Made by a program: the position numbers and the translations under genes | Origin: Alphaproteobacteria bacterium | Lineage (GTDB): Bacteria > Pseudomonadota > Alphaproteobacteria > UBA6615 | Reading direction: 5' to 3' | DNA: 64,000 bases | NCBI GenBank assembly: GCA_011087645.1 | Contig: JAALLF010000009.1 | Coordinates: 51,348 to 115,347 of the forward strand | Shown: positions 26,666 to 36,309 of the stretch, in pieces | How positions within the stretch are numbered: the first letter of the stretch is position 1 | Layout: each line of letters starts with the position of its first letter | Notes under the pieces: model-generated | What the model saw: the letters and a program-made list of their open reading frames with translations, nothing else | What the model was told of the DNA's origin: nothing | Databases searched by the model: none

Positions 26666-28699
26666 CTATTTCGGCGGCTTACCGCCGCCCCTACCGCCAC
26701 CGCCGCCGTTGCCCCCTTTACCTTTTTTGACATTCAGCGAGACGACCGCCGTGGCGCTACCGCCGTTTGGATCATCGGCGCTGAAGGTAAAGCTGTCAGC
26801 GCCGGTGTAATTATTATTCGGCGTGTAGGTCTGGTTTGCGCCGGTCCCGGATAGCGTTCCATTCGACGGGGCCGACACGATCGCAAAGCTCAGCGCATCA
26901 CCATCCGCGTCGCTGCCAGTCAAGGTGATGTCGACTTGCGTGTTCTTTCGCGTCGTCACAGACTGATCATCAGCCACCGGCACATCGTTCACCGCCGCTA
27001 CGGCAACCGAAACGCTAGCGCTATCAACACCGCCCTTGCCGTCGGAGATGGTGTAGTCGAACCCGTCATTGCCGTTGAAGTTCGCCGCCGGCGTATAGGT
27101 GACGCTGTCATCGGCGTTGATCAGCACGGCTCCGTTTGCGCCTTGGGTGACCGAGACAACCGACAGGCTATCGCCATCGGGATCGCTATCGTTGGCCAAC
27201 ACAGCGATCTGAACCGCGACATCTTCGTCGGTTGCGGCGCCGTCGGCGGTTGCCACGGGCGGATCGTTCGGCGTGGTCACGCCAACGGCGATCTCGATCT
27301 GACCCGACGCACTGTCGGAAATGCCGTCGTTCACTGTAAAGAGCAGATCGTCGTTGCCGGCATATCCCGGGTTGGGCGTGTAGGTCAGGTTCGGCGCTGT
27401 CCCCGACAGGGTGCCGTTCAAGGGTAGTGACACCAGAGCGTAGGTCAACGGATCACTGTTGGCGTCGCTACCGGTCAGGGTGACCGCGAGCGCGGTATCG
27501 GCAGGCGTTACCAATTGCTGGTCGTCGGCGACCGGCGCGGCCAAGCCGCTGCAATCGCCCCATTGCTGCGAACCGCGATCGCCGGTCGTGGTGGTGGCCT
27601 GGGCGACGATGCACTGGGTCTGACCCTCAAGGGCCTCGAAGGTGAGGTTGAGGTGATAGTCGGCCGGATTTAAGTCGGCGGTGCGGATTGTCACCCCATT
27701 GAACTGTCCATCGTGGAAATTGTCCGGGTGCTGTTGGTCCATATGCACATGCGCGCTGTAGGTCTCGCCATGGTCAGGCCAGAACGGCCCCTCGTTGACG
27801 CCGCCCTCGCCAAAGCTTTCCCAGGGAACGCTCGAGCTGTCTTTATGAGTGTATTGGCGGTTCCACTCGGTCATATCGAACCAGGACGGGTACGCATTGT
27901 AGCCGCGCGCATCGGGCGTATTACCCGGCTGGATCAAACGCTGGGCGGCAAAATCGTAGAGCAATAGCTCGACCCGATTGACATCCACCCGCGGCGTGTC
28001 GACCTTCACTTCGACCACCGGGTTCGAGGGGCTCGACGTATCAACCGCGCCAAAGGTCACTGTCGGCGGTGTCGGATCGCTATAGGGCAACACAATTAGC
28101 GGATGGATGGCGTCGCGCTGCCAGCTGCTGAACTTGTCGTCGGCCGGCGCGTCGCGGATTTCGAAATGCAAATGATCGAAGCCGCTGGCGCTCTCGCCAG
28201 AGAAGGCGACCAGGTCGCCCTTCGAGACGGTGTCGCCGACCGACACGGCCCAACCGCTCAGATGCATGTAGTTGCTGTGATAGCAGCCGACGCCGTCGCA
28301 ACTGGCATGGCCGGGACGGAAATGGCGAATCTGTACCACCGGGTCGGAATAGCTCGAGTGATTACCGGCCAACCGAACGACACCGTCGGCGATGGCGAAG
28401 ATTGGTGTACCGATCGGCGTCGCGATGTCGAGACCGCGGTGGAAATCGTAGCGGTCGTTCTGCGATGTCAGCGGCCGCGGACCATAGGTCCAGTTTAACG
28501 GCAGATCGGTGTAGTCGGCGTTGCCCCAGCGTTCCTGCGGACATCCGTGGGACGCGGCATCCCAACCGGCGGGCGGCGCATCGGCGATGCGCCCGCATAG
28601 GGGCCAAGCGGGTGCCGGATCGAATTGCTGGCCAGAAGCCGCCGCGCTCCACAGCAAAGGTGCCAAACACAGAAAAAAGAGGAAATATCGTTTGATCAT
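26666..28699 (-). CDS. secreted M23 family metallopeptidase with C-terminal cadherin/Ig-like repeats
   Basis: Signal peptide MIKRYFLFFLCLAPLLWSAAASG. M23 motifs HRGLD and HLHFE. Three repeats of about 90 aa and a Gly/Lys-rich tail. Confidence 0.8.
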   Translation of the reverse strand: MIKRYFLFFLCLAPLLWSAAASGQQFDPAPAWPLCGRIADAPPAGWDAASHGCPQERWGNADYTDLPLNWTYGPRPLTSQNDRYDFHRGLDIATPIGTPIFAIADGVVRLAGNHSSYSDPVVQIRHFRPGHASCDGVGCYHSNYMHLSGWAVSVGDTVSKGDLVAFSGESASGFDHLHFEIRDAPADDKFSSWQRDAIHPLIVLPYSDPTPPTVTFGAVDTSSPSNPVVEVKVDTPRVDVNRVELLLYDFAAQRLIQPGNTPDARGYNAYPSWFDMTEWNRQYTHKDSSSVPWESFGEGGVNEGPFWPDHGETYSAHVHMDQQHPDNFHDGQFNGVTIRTADLNPADYHLNLTFEALEGQTQCIVAQATTTTGDRGSQQWGDCSGLAAPVADDQQLVTPADTALAVTLTGSDANSDPLTYALVSLPLNGTLSGTAPNLTYTPNPGYAGNDDLLFTVNDGISDSASGQIEIAVGVTTPNDPPVATADGAATDEDVAVQIAVLANDSDPDGDSLSVVSVTQGANGAVLINADDSVTYTPAANFNGNDGFDYTISDGKGGVDSASVSVAVAAVNDVPVADDQSVTTRKNTQVDITLTGSDADGDALSFAIVSAPSNGTLSGTGANQTYTPNNNYTGADSFTFSADDPNGGSATAVVSLNVKKGKGGNGGGGGRGGGKPPK
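26729..27538 (-). repeat. three tandem ~90-aa cadherin-like/VCBS-like domain repeats inside the M23 protein
   Basis: Each unit reads (N)D(x)PVA(D/T)...TLTGSDA(D/N)...(T/S)Y..(V/I)S.P.NGTLSGT..N.TYTPN..Y.G.D.F.F...D. Residues about 388-657. Confidence 0.7.
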
Positions 28700-28943
28700 G
28701 ATCTCGCCCCCAAAGACGATGGAACGGCGCGAGTTTTCCCTCGTACCGTCTAAGATTTATATTTGATGCCAATACTCACATACAAAGTAATTAATATCAA
28801 ATATGAAGGATACGACGCCAGATAGGATGGTTTATTATTATGGTTAACGTGAAGACTGTTTAACACCGACCATTGTTCTGTTATGTATTAAAGGAATGAA
28901 CTCTTAGCATTTCGACTAGTCATACAGGTAGGGGTACTTTTCC

Positions 28944-31900
28944 ATGCTGACGATGAGACACTATCTGGCCAGCCTCGCCGTTGGCCTGTTGCTTTTTGGC
29001 GGCGTGCAAACCGGAGCCGCAGCGGTTCTCGAACGCGGCCCCTATCTGCAGACCCCTACCGCGTCGAGCATGGTGCTGAAATGGCGCACCGATACGCCGA
29101 CTGATTCGGTGGTGATTTTCGGCGATGCGCCGACCAGTCTCACCACCACCGTGTCCGACCCCACCTTGACGACGGAACACGAAGTCACGGTCAGCGGTCT
29201 CGCGCCCGACACGCGCTATTATTACTCGGTGGGCGCGACCGGCGAGACCTTGAGCGGCGCCGATAGCGATCACTTCTTCACCACCAGTCCCGCGCCCGGC
29301 ACCGCCACGCCGACGCGAATCTGGGTCATTGGCGATTCCGGTACCGCCAATGCGGACGCAGAGGCTGTGCGCGACGCCTATAAGGCGGTTACCGGAACCA
29401 GTGACACCGATCTATGGCTGATGCTCGGCGATAACGCCTATCCTGACGGCACAGATAGCGAGTATCAGGCCGCCGTGTTCGACACATATCCGGAGCTATT
29501 GCGCAAGATTCCTCTGTGGCCGACCTTGGGCAACCATGACGGCCACAACGCCGATTCCGCCACGCAGGCTGGCCCCTATTACGATATCTTCACCCTGCCG
29601 AAGAATGGCGAGGCTGGGGGTCTGCCCTCGGGTACCGAGGCCTACTATTCGTTCGACTATGGCAACATCCATTTCGTCAATCTGGAATCCTACGAGACCG
29701 ACCGCTCGCCGGGCGGCGCCATGATGACTTGGCTGACCAACGATTTAGCGGCCAACGACAAGGAATGGGTCATCGCCTTCTGGCACCATCCGCCCTACAC
29801 CAAGGGCTCGCACAATTCCGACACTGAAGGCCGACTAATCGATATGCGGCAAAACGCGCTGCCGATCTTGGAATTCCATGGCGTGGATTTGGTCTTGTCG
29901 GGACATAGCCACGCTTACGAACGCTCCCATCTGCTCGACGGCCATTACGGCGCGTCCAACACCTTGGACGACGCCACAATGATCCTCGACAACGGCGGCG
30001 GCAGCGAGGCCGGCGCCGGCGCCTACGACAAGCCAGCGGGCGGCACCAACGCCGGCGCGGTCTACGCCGTGGCGGGCAGCTCGGGCAAGACCAGCAGCAG
30101 CGGTAATCTGGACCATCCGGCGATGTACTTCTCGCTGCGCAGCCTGGGCTCGATGATCCTGGAAGTGAACGCCAACCGGCTCGACGTCCAATTCATCGAC
30201 CAAAACGGCGATGTCGATGATGAATTCACCATCACCAAAGGCCCCGATACCACACCACCGACCATTACCAAGACCGAAGCCGGCGACGCCGCGGCTGTCA
30301 CCGTGACCTTCTCGGAAAAAGTCGAGGCGGCAAGCGCGGAAGACGTCACAAATTACGCGATCGACAACAGCGTTGACGTTGTCGGAGCAACCCTGGCAGC
30401 CGATGAGCGAACAGTGACCCTCGACACATCGCCGCTTACCGAGGGTGTTCTTCATACGTTGACCGTCAACAATGTGGACGACATCGCCGGCAATACGATT
30501 GCGGCGAACAGCCAGAGCCAGTTCACCTTCGTGGTCATCCAGACTAAGGACTTCCAGGATGGCGTGGCGCCGACATCCGGCTATGCCGGCACAAGCGACG
30601 CCTATATTTCCGAGGGTTCGCCGAACGGCGCCTTTGGCACCGCGACCACATTGTTGGTCGACGGCAGCGACCCGTCGGGCCTGGATCTTTCGTCCCTAAT
30701 GTTTTGGGATATCAGCGAAATCCCCAGCGATGCCCTGGTCGATAGCGCGTCGATCACCATCAACGTCACCAATGTGAACAGCACCGCCTACAATATTTAC
30801 CAGATGCTGACCGGTTGGCAGGAAACCACCGTGACGTGGAATGAAGCGTCCTCGGGGACCCCCTGGCAAAGCCCTGGCGCGGATGGTGCGGCGGATCGCG
30901 GCGCGACGGTGTTGGGCGCCATGTCCAGTGGCGTCACCGGCCCCCTTACGGTGCCCCTCAACCAAGCGGGCCTCGACGTTATCCAATCGTGGATCGACGG
31001 CAGCGCGCCGAACCACGGCTTTATTACGACGAATACATCGGCGAGCAACGGCCTTGATTTCAGCTCGCGCGAAGCAAGTGGCGCCCTCAACCATCCGAAA
31101 TTATCGGTGACCTATTCGCTGCCGACCAGCGGCCCGGACACGGAGCCCCCAAGCCCCCCTTTTTCGCTAACCAATGATTCCAAGACCGATACCAGTATCT
31201 CTTTTTCCTGGCAGTCGTGCGAATCGGCGCCTTGCGACAACGTTGGGGTGACCGGTTACATCGTTTACCGAAACGGCGGCATGGTGGGGACGCCGGTCAC
31301 ACCATCGTATATCGATAGCGGCCTGACGCCGGACACACTCTATACCTACGAGGTCAGCAGCATCGACGCGGCGGGCAATGAATCTCCGCTCAGCTCTCCT
31401 CTCCCAGTGATAACCGATCCGGCGGCAACGCCGACGGTTCTGGTCAACGATATCGCTATGTCCTTGCTGAGCAACAGGAAGCTGCGCGCCAGCCGCGCCG
31501 ATGTGGTTATCGTCGATGGCAATGCCCAGCCGGTTGCCGAGGTTACGGTTTCCGGTTTCTGGAGCGGCTTGACGAGTGCAAATGTGACGGGCAGCACCGC
31601 GGGAGATGGCACGATCACCTTCGATTCTGCCGAGGTACCGAAGAATAGCGGCGGCGAATTCGCATTTTCGATCACCAACCTCGAGAGCGTCGACCATGTC
31701 TACGACGAAGCGGCCAATATCGAATCCAGCGACTGCATCACCAGCGGCGGCGGCGCCTGCAGCGACGGGCCTGGCGATCCTCCCGGCGACCCGACATTCT
31801 TCATGAAGGTATCTTCGATCGTCGTGATGCCACTCGCCGCGCAAAAACGGTGGCAGGCCGAGGCTGAAGTAACAGTCGTCGACACGCCAGACGGCAATCT

Positions 31901-32132
31901 CATTCCCGGCGCGACCGTGACCGGTAATTGGACATTCATATCGGGCAGTACGGTGGATCTCGGTAATGCTAGCGCCGTCACCGATGGATCGGGTGTCGCC
32001 CGCTTATTATCGCCTAAACGCAAGGCCAACAGCGGCGATGAATTTATCTTCACGCTGACCGGGGTGACCAAAACGGACGGAGCGCTCGACAATAGCGAAG
32101 GGCAGTCTACCGGCAGCGCACTCGTACCCTAG
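28944..32132 (+). CDS. large secreted purple-acid-phosphatase-like metallophosphoesterase with Ig/DNRLRE-like/Fn3 C-terminal domains
   Basis: Signal peptide, then a PAP N-terminal domain (LERGPYLQ...RYYYSVG). Metallophosphoesterase motifs GDSG, GDNAY, GNHD, WHHPPY, GHSHAYER. Later TGWQETTVTWNEAS, and an Fn3-like segment (ISFSWQ...GYIVYRNG). Confidence 0.8.
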   Translation: MLTMRHYLASLAVGLLLFGGVQTGAAAVLERGPYLQTPTASSMVLKWRTDTPTDSVVIFGDAPTSLTTTVSDPTLTTEHEVTVSGLAPDTRYYYSVGATGETLSGADSDHFFTTSPAPGTATPTRIWVIGDSGTANADAEAVRDAYKAVTGTSDTDLWLMLGDNAYPDGTDSEYQAAVFDTYPELLRKIPLWPTLGNHDGHNADSATQAGPYYDIFTLPKNGEAGGLPSGTEAYYSFDYGNIHFVNLESYETDRSPGGAMMTWLTNDLAANDKEWVIAFWHHPPYTKGSHNSDTEGRLIDMRQNALPILEFHGVDLVLSGHSHAYERSHLLDGHYGASNTLDDATMILDNGGGSEAGAGAYDKPAGGTNAGAVYAVAGSSGKTSSSGNLDHPAMYFSLRSLGSMILEVNANRLDVQFIDQNGDVDDEFTITKGPDTTPPTITKTEAGDAAAVTVTFSEKVEAASAEDVTNYAIDNSVDVVGATLAADERTVTLDTSPLTEGVLHTLTVNNVDDIAGNTIAANSQSQFTFVVIQTKDFQDGVAPTSGYAGTSDAYISEGSPNGAFGTATTLLVDGSDPSGLDLSSLMFWDISEIPSDALVDSASITINVTNVNSTAYNIYQMLTGWQETTVTWNEASSGTPWQSPGADGAADRGATVLGAMSSGVTGPLTVPLNQAGLDVIQSWIDGSAPNHGFITTNTSASNGLDFSSREASGALNHPKLSVTYSLPTSGPDTEPPSPPFSLTNDSKTDTSISFSWQSCESAPCDNVGVTGYIVYRNGGMVGTPVTPSYIDSGLTPDTLYTYEVSSIDAAGNESPLSSPLPVITDPAATPTVLVNDIAMSLLSNRKLRASRADVVIVDGNAQPVAEVTVSGFWSGLTSANVTGSTAGDGTITFDSAEVPKNSGGEFAFSITNLESVDHVYDEAANIESSDCITSGGGACSDGPGDPPGDPTFFMKVSSIVVMPLAAQKRWQAEAEVTVVDTPDGNLIPGATVTGNWTFISGSTVDLGNASAVTDGSGVARLLSPKRKANSGDEFIFTLTGVTKTDGALDNSEGQSTGSALVP

Positions 32133-32150
32133 GATGAGACGGCCCCGAGG

Positions 32151-32987
32151 ATGAGACGGCGCGATTTTCGACGGAATGTTTTTGCCGCAGCCCTGTTTGT
32201 TGCCGGGCTGCTGAGTCCCGCCGCGGCGTTTGCCCATGCCGATATCATCGAACGTATCACCGCGCTCGATGACCAAATTCTAGCGACGCCACAAGACCCT
32301 GCGCTTTACCTTAAGCGCGGCGAGCTGCACCGTCTGCACCGCGATTGGCCGGCGGCATTGAACGACTACAAGCAGGCCGAACGTCTCACCCCCGATGATC
32401 CCGCGATACACTACTATCGGGGGCGCATGCGGTTGGAAGCCGACGAACCAGCCTTGGCGCGGCCCCTGCTCGACCAATTTCTCGCCGCCCGGCCCAACCA
32501 TGCCGACGCGCTGCTGATCCGGTCGCGCGCGCTATCCCGGCTCGGCGCCTGGCTGGCGGCGGCCGACGATCTGAGCCGCGCGATCGCCCTGCTCGATCCG
32601 CCGACCCCGGAAGTCTATCTGGAACGCGCGCGCGCCCTGGTTGCGGCGGGCCCCGAAAATGTCGACCGGGCGGTCGTCGGTCTCGACGCTGGCATCGAAC
32701 GCCTCGGCCCACTGGTCACGCTGATTGGTTATGGGATTGATGTCGAGCGCACCCATGGTCGACACGCGCAAGCCCTCGCCCGCCTCGACACGCTGCCAGT
32801 GCAAATTAGCCAGCAACCGGCCTGGCTTGCAACGCGCGGCGACATTCTACGCGACTTGGGGGAACTCCGGCAGGCGAAGGCGACTTACCGGTCCGGCTTG
32901 GACAAAATCGAGACCTATCCCATGGCGCGGCGCAACTCGCGCGCCACGGTTGAGCTGGAGACCCGTCTCCGCGAAGCGCTGCAATAG
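32151..32987 (+). CDS. TPR-repeat protein with signal peptide
   Basis: MRRRDFRRNVFAAALFVAGLLSPAAAFA, then repeated A..Y.RG......A..D...A helices. Confidence 0.65.
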   Translation: MRRRDFRRNVFAAALFVAGLLSPAAAFAHADIIERITALDDQILATPQDPALYLKRGELHRLHRDWPAALNDYKQAERLTPDDPAIHYYRGRMRLEADEPALARPLLDQFLAARPNHADALLIRSRALSRLGAWLAAADDLSRAIALLDPPTPEVYLERARALVAAGPENVDRAVVGLDAGIERLGPLVTLIGYGIDVERTHGRHAQALARLDTLPVQISQQPAWLATRGDILRDLGELRQAKATYRSGLDKIETYPMARRNSRATVELETRLREALQ

Positions 32988-33047
32988 CGCCGCCGCCGGC
33001 TCGATGATTTCGAACAATATTAACGGCGGCGGCAAAGAGAAGTCCGG

Positions 33048-33671
33048 CTAACTCGATTGCGGTGCGATACCCGCCGCCAGCGCCATGCGCACGAGATGGG
33101 ACAGGCTGCGCGATTGCATTTTCTCCATTACGCGGGCGCGGTGGGTTTCCACCGTGCGGGTGCTAATGCCGAGTTCATAGGCGATTATCTTATTCGGCCG
33201 GCCGGTGACCAACTGTTCCAGGACTTCGCTTTCACGCGGCGTGAGCAGCGCAATTCGCTCCACCGCGTGAGCGAACAGTGTTTTTTCCGCCTGTTGCATC
33301 TCGTTTTGCGCCAGTGCCCGCCGAACACTGTCGAGAAAAATATCGTCGTCGAACGGTTTTTCGATGAAGTCGAAGGCGCCGGCCTTCAGCGCCTGGACGG
33401 CCATGGGCACATCGCCATGCCCGGTGATGATGATGATCGGCAGGTCGATCCCGAGCACCGCCAAGCGGGCCTGCAATTCCAGCCCATTCATGCCGGGCAT
33501 TTGCACATCAACGACCAGGCAACCGGTATCGTCGGCCGAGAACGCATCGAGGAAAGACTGAGCTGATTCAAAGCCCCGGGGAGTCAATCCATCGGAATCG
33601 AGCAACGCGCATATGGACTTTCGGACCGCAGGGTCATCGTCGACAACGGATACATTTAGCTCAATATTCAT
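33048..33671 (-). CDS. FixJ/LuxR-type response regulator
   Basis: Receiver with VVDDDPAVRKS, VVDVQMPGMNG, IIITGHGD and IEKPF. C-terminal LuxR HTH (LTPRESEVLEQLVTGRPNKIIAYELGISTRTVETHR). Its ATG overlaps the kinase stop by 11 nt. Confidence 0.9.
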   Translation of the reverse strand: MNIELNVSVVDDDPAVRKSICALLDSDGLTPRGFESAQSFLDAFSADDTGCLVVDVQMPGMNGLELQARLAVLGIDLPIIIITGHGDVPMAVQALKAGAFDFIEKPFDDDIFLDSVRRALAQNEMQQAEKTLFAHAVERIALLTPRESEVLEQLVTGRPNKIIAYELGISTRTVETHRARVMEKMQSRSLSHLVRMALAAGIAPQSS

Positions 33672-35316
33672 CGAGGCCCTCGGTTTGCGGTAGCGGCAAG
33701 GTAAAGTGGAAACTGGTTCCCCCACCGGAGTTCGGCGTTGGCCACAGCCGCCCGCCATGTGCGTCGATTATCGAGCGGCAAATCGACAACCCGACCCCCA
33801 TACCGTCGGTTTTGGTCGTCACGAAAGGCTCGAATATTCGTTTGGCGACCTCATCGGGAAGGCCGGGGCCGGTATCCGAAATCATCACCATGAGGGAGGC
33901 TTCCGGCGTTGGTGAAGCGCTTATTGTCAAATGGCGCTCCTCCGCCCTCTCCAACGCATCGACGCCGTTGCGCACTAAATTAAAGACGACCTGCTGAATT
34001 TGGATCCGGTCGATCAATACCGGCGGCATGTTGGGCGCCAATTCGTAAGCGTATGAGACTCCCTTATCGGCAGCGCCGACCAGCGCCATGGCGCTGGCTT
34101 CTTCGACAACGCTGGCAAGATCTTCCAACAGTCGTTCGGTTTCGCCGCGTTGGACGAACTCGCGCAATCGTCGGATGATTTCGCCCGCTCGCGCGGCTTG
34201 GCTCACCGCGTCGTCCATATATTCGTAAACCTGCTCGGACACATCGCCATCGGCGGCCTGTAATTTCCGCCGACTGGCCTGCACAAAATTAATCATCGCC
34301 GTGAGCGGTTGGTTTAGCTCATGCGCAAGGCCGGTCGCCATCTCGCCCATCGCGCTCAACCGCGAAATGTGGTGCATCTTGGTCTCGAGCTCGCGCACCC
34401 GCGCCTCGGCCAGTCGGCGCTCGGTGATGTCCACCAGCGCGGCATTCGCGCCGATAATTTTACCGTCAGGGTCGCGGTCGGCGACCGACGTTAAAATCAC
34501 ATCGACAGTCTCACCGTTTTTTTTGACCAAGGTAAACTCGGCGGTTTGTGGAATGCCGGCGCCCAAGACGCCGGGGATATTGGTCCCCACCGCGCGGCGG
34601 CGAGATTCTTCGGTCAGAAAATCACCCGCTTTCCGGCCAATAGCCTCCTCGCGCGCATAGCCCATGACCTTGAGCCATTGTTCACTGACACTAACGAAAC
34701 GGCTGTCCATATCGATGGCGTACATCATCGCCGGGGTATTTGTGAAAGCGGCTTGGAAGTGGCGTTCCTGTGCGACGATCGCAGCTTGCCGGCGCCGATT
34801 GTCGGTCATGATCGCCATGTAGTCGCTCAGCGAACGTAGGATCGCGAGATCATCACCATTGAATTGTGTACTAAGATTCCGCCCCGCCAGAACAAAGCCA
34901 AACCGCCGTTCGAAACTACCAACCGGCGCGATCGCCAAGGTTCGTGCTTGCAGTTTTTCGTGCAACAGCGGACAGGCTGGAAGTTTCGAGTTCGCTACTC
35001 CGTCGACGAGCGTGTGCACGACATCATCGTTTGTGCTGTCAGATAAAGTTTCGAGCTCCGCACTCAAGGCCGGTTCGATATTCTGAGCAGATTGATTTCC
35101 GTTTTCGTACGTTCTCAGATGCCACGCCCGATCAGCGTCGTCGCGCCAGACATAACCGCCGAGGTCGCAGGAGATGATCGACAAAATACCCTGCGCCAGC
35201 AATTCGCCCTGTTCGACCTCAGTTTCCGACGCGGCGATCGACGCAAATAACCCACTCAAAGCATGCGCGTATTTCAACGCTTCATCGCTTCGTTGTTCGT
35301 CGAGAGTGTGCGCCAT
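33661..35316 (-). CDS. GAF-PAS sensor histidine kinase
   Basis: H-box GLAHELNQPL and N/G boxes (NLVRNGVDA, DTGPGL, GMGVGLSI). The PAS segment is FTNTPAMMYAIDMDSRFVSVSEQW. No FixL-type proximal His is seen in the PAS domain. Confidence 0.85.
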   Translation of the reverse strand: MAHTLDEQRSDEALKYAHALSGLFASIAASETEVEQGELLAQGILSIISCDLGGYVWRDDADRAWHLRTYENGNQSAQNIEPALSAELETLSDSTNDDVVHTLVDGVANSKLPACPLLHEKLQARTLAIAPVGSFERRFGFVLAGRNLSTQFNGDDLAILRSLSDYMAIMTDNRRRQAAIVAQERHFQAAFTNTPAMMYAIDMDSRFVSVSEQWLKVMGYAREEAIGRKAGDFLTEESRRRAVGTNIPGVLGAGIPQTAEFTLVKKNGETVDVILTSVADRDPDGKIIGANAALVDITERRLAEARVRELETKMHHISRLSAMGEMATGLAHELNQPLTAMINFVQASRRKLQAADGDVSEQVYEYMDDAVSQAARAGEIIRRLREFVQRGETERLLEDLASVVEEASAMALVGAADKGVSYAYELAPNMPPVLIDRIQIQQVVFNLVRNGVDALERAEERHLTISASPTPEASLMVMISDTGPGLPDEVAKRIFEPFVTTKTDGMGVGLSICRSIIDAHGGRLWPTPNSGGGTSFHFTLPLPQTEGLDEY

Positions 35317-35494
35317 CTGACTTTCGATTATTGCTCACGACATTGTTCGGAAACGCCCGGGTCGGAGTCAAGAATTACGCTCTGGGTATTATTACCCATA
35401 CTGTCGGGCCTCCATCGCACATAATTTCTAGTAAACCGGCCAACCGATTCACGGGCGCTCATCTGGGCCCTTTGCCGGAGACATTAGTGTGGTC

Positions 35495-35863
35495 ATGGAG
35501 AAAACGGTCTTTGTAGTGATGATAAACGGCGATCGAGCCGTCGCGGATTCCATGGCGGCCTTAATTGGCAGCATGGGTTATGCCGTGCGCGTCTACGATT
35601 CCTGTGAAGAATTTGTGAGTGCCTATGTCCCCGATCAACGCGGTTGCGTGGTGATCGATTTAGACCTGTCGGACCACAAGGCCGTGCAGCTGGTCGAAGA
35701 TCTTCCAACGCGCGGCGTAGCGTTACCCATAATTATGATGGCCGAATATGATCCCGCGGCCGCAGCCGTGTCGGCGTTGCCAGCGGGCGTCATCGTATTG
35801 CTGCAAAAGCCGTTTATGGATGAACTGCTCGCCGACACGATCGAGCAAGCGTTTACGCGCTAG
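35495..35863 (+). CDS. stand-alone receiver-domain protein with a degenerate acidic pocket
   Basis: Aligns to the FixJ receiver. The phospho-Asp context VVIDLDLSD and the Lys (LQKPF) are kept, but the N-terminal DD is replaced (VVMINGD) and the conserved Thr position reads IIMMAEYD. Confidence 0.7.
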   Translation: MEKTVFVVMINGDRAVADSMAALIGSMGYAVRVYDSCEEFVSAYVPDQRGCVVIDLDLSDHKAVQLVEDLPTRGVALPIIMMAEYDPAAAAVSALPAGVIVLLQKPFMDELLADTIEQAFTR

Positions 35864-35990
35864 CCGCTGTCCGTAGTTTTACCGGGGTATAATTCCGAAT
35901 TTCGCGATTTCGCCTTCGCGCTTACGTTGAATCTCATAGATCGACGACACCGGATCTGAGACGCAACACCAGACAAGCGGAGGAAACGTC

Positions 35991-36257
35991 ATGGTCACCC
36001 GATTTGTGCAACCGAACATAGAGTCGGCCACCTCGTTAGAGGACACGGGTAAAATTCCGACATTCCGCGCTTTGAAGGGTGTTGTGTTCGCCACCTTGTT
36101 GCTGTTTGGAACGACACTTTTGAGTGCGTCCGGTGGCGCTCAAAATCCGTACTTACTGCGCGGCGCGTTCGTCAAGAATCTCGACAACATGCACGCCGAG
36201 ATAAGCATCGCTTGGGAATATGCCGGCACGACGGGGCGGATTCTAGGAACAATCTGA
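35991..36257 (+). CDS. hypothetical small protein (88 aa)
   Basis: A strong SD (GGAGGAAACGTC) precedes the ATG. One hydrophobic segment (VVFATLLLFGTTLLSA). Low-GC context and no family recognised. Confidence 0.35.
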   Translation: MVTRFVQPNIESATSLEDTGKIPTFRALKGVVFATLLLFGTTLLSASGGAQNPYLLRGAFVKNLDNMHAEISIAWEYAGTTGRILGTI

Positions 36258-36309
36258 GCAACGTCGATCTCTGACTGTCCTTGCAACCCACGACAACGGA
36301 GAAATCAAT

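Noticed and set aside
26666-26740. Gly/Lys-rich C-terminal tail (KKGKGGNGGGGGRGGGKPPK) of the M23 protein as a sorting signal
   Set aside because: It has no hydrophobic helix or PEP/GlyGly motif, so it does not match PEP-CTERM or GlyGly-CTERM architecture. It is more likely a flexible basic tail.
26513-26854. 113-aa plus-strand ORF covering the palindromic repeat
   Set aside because: It is made from the REP/MITE-like inverted repeats and the antisense of the M23 gene tail. It has no RBS and no protein-like features.
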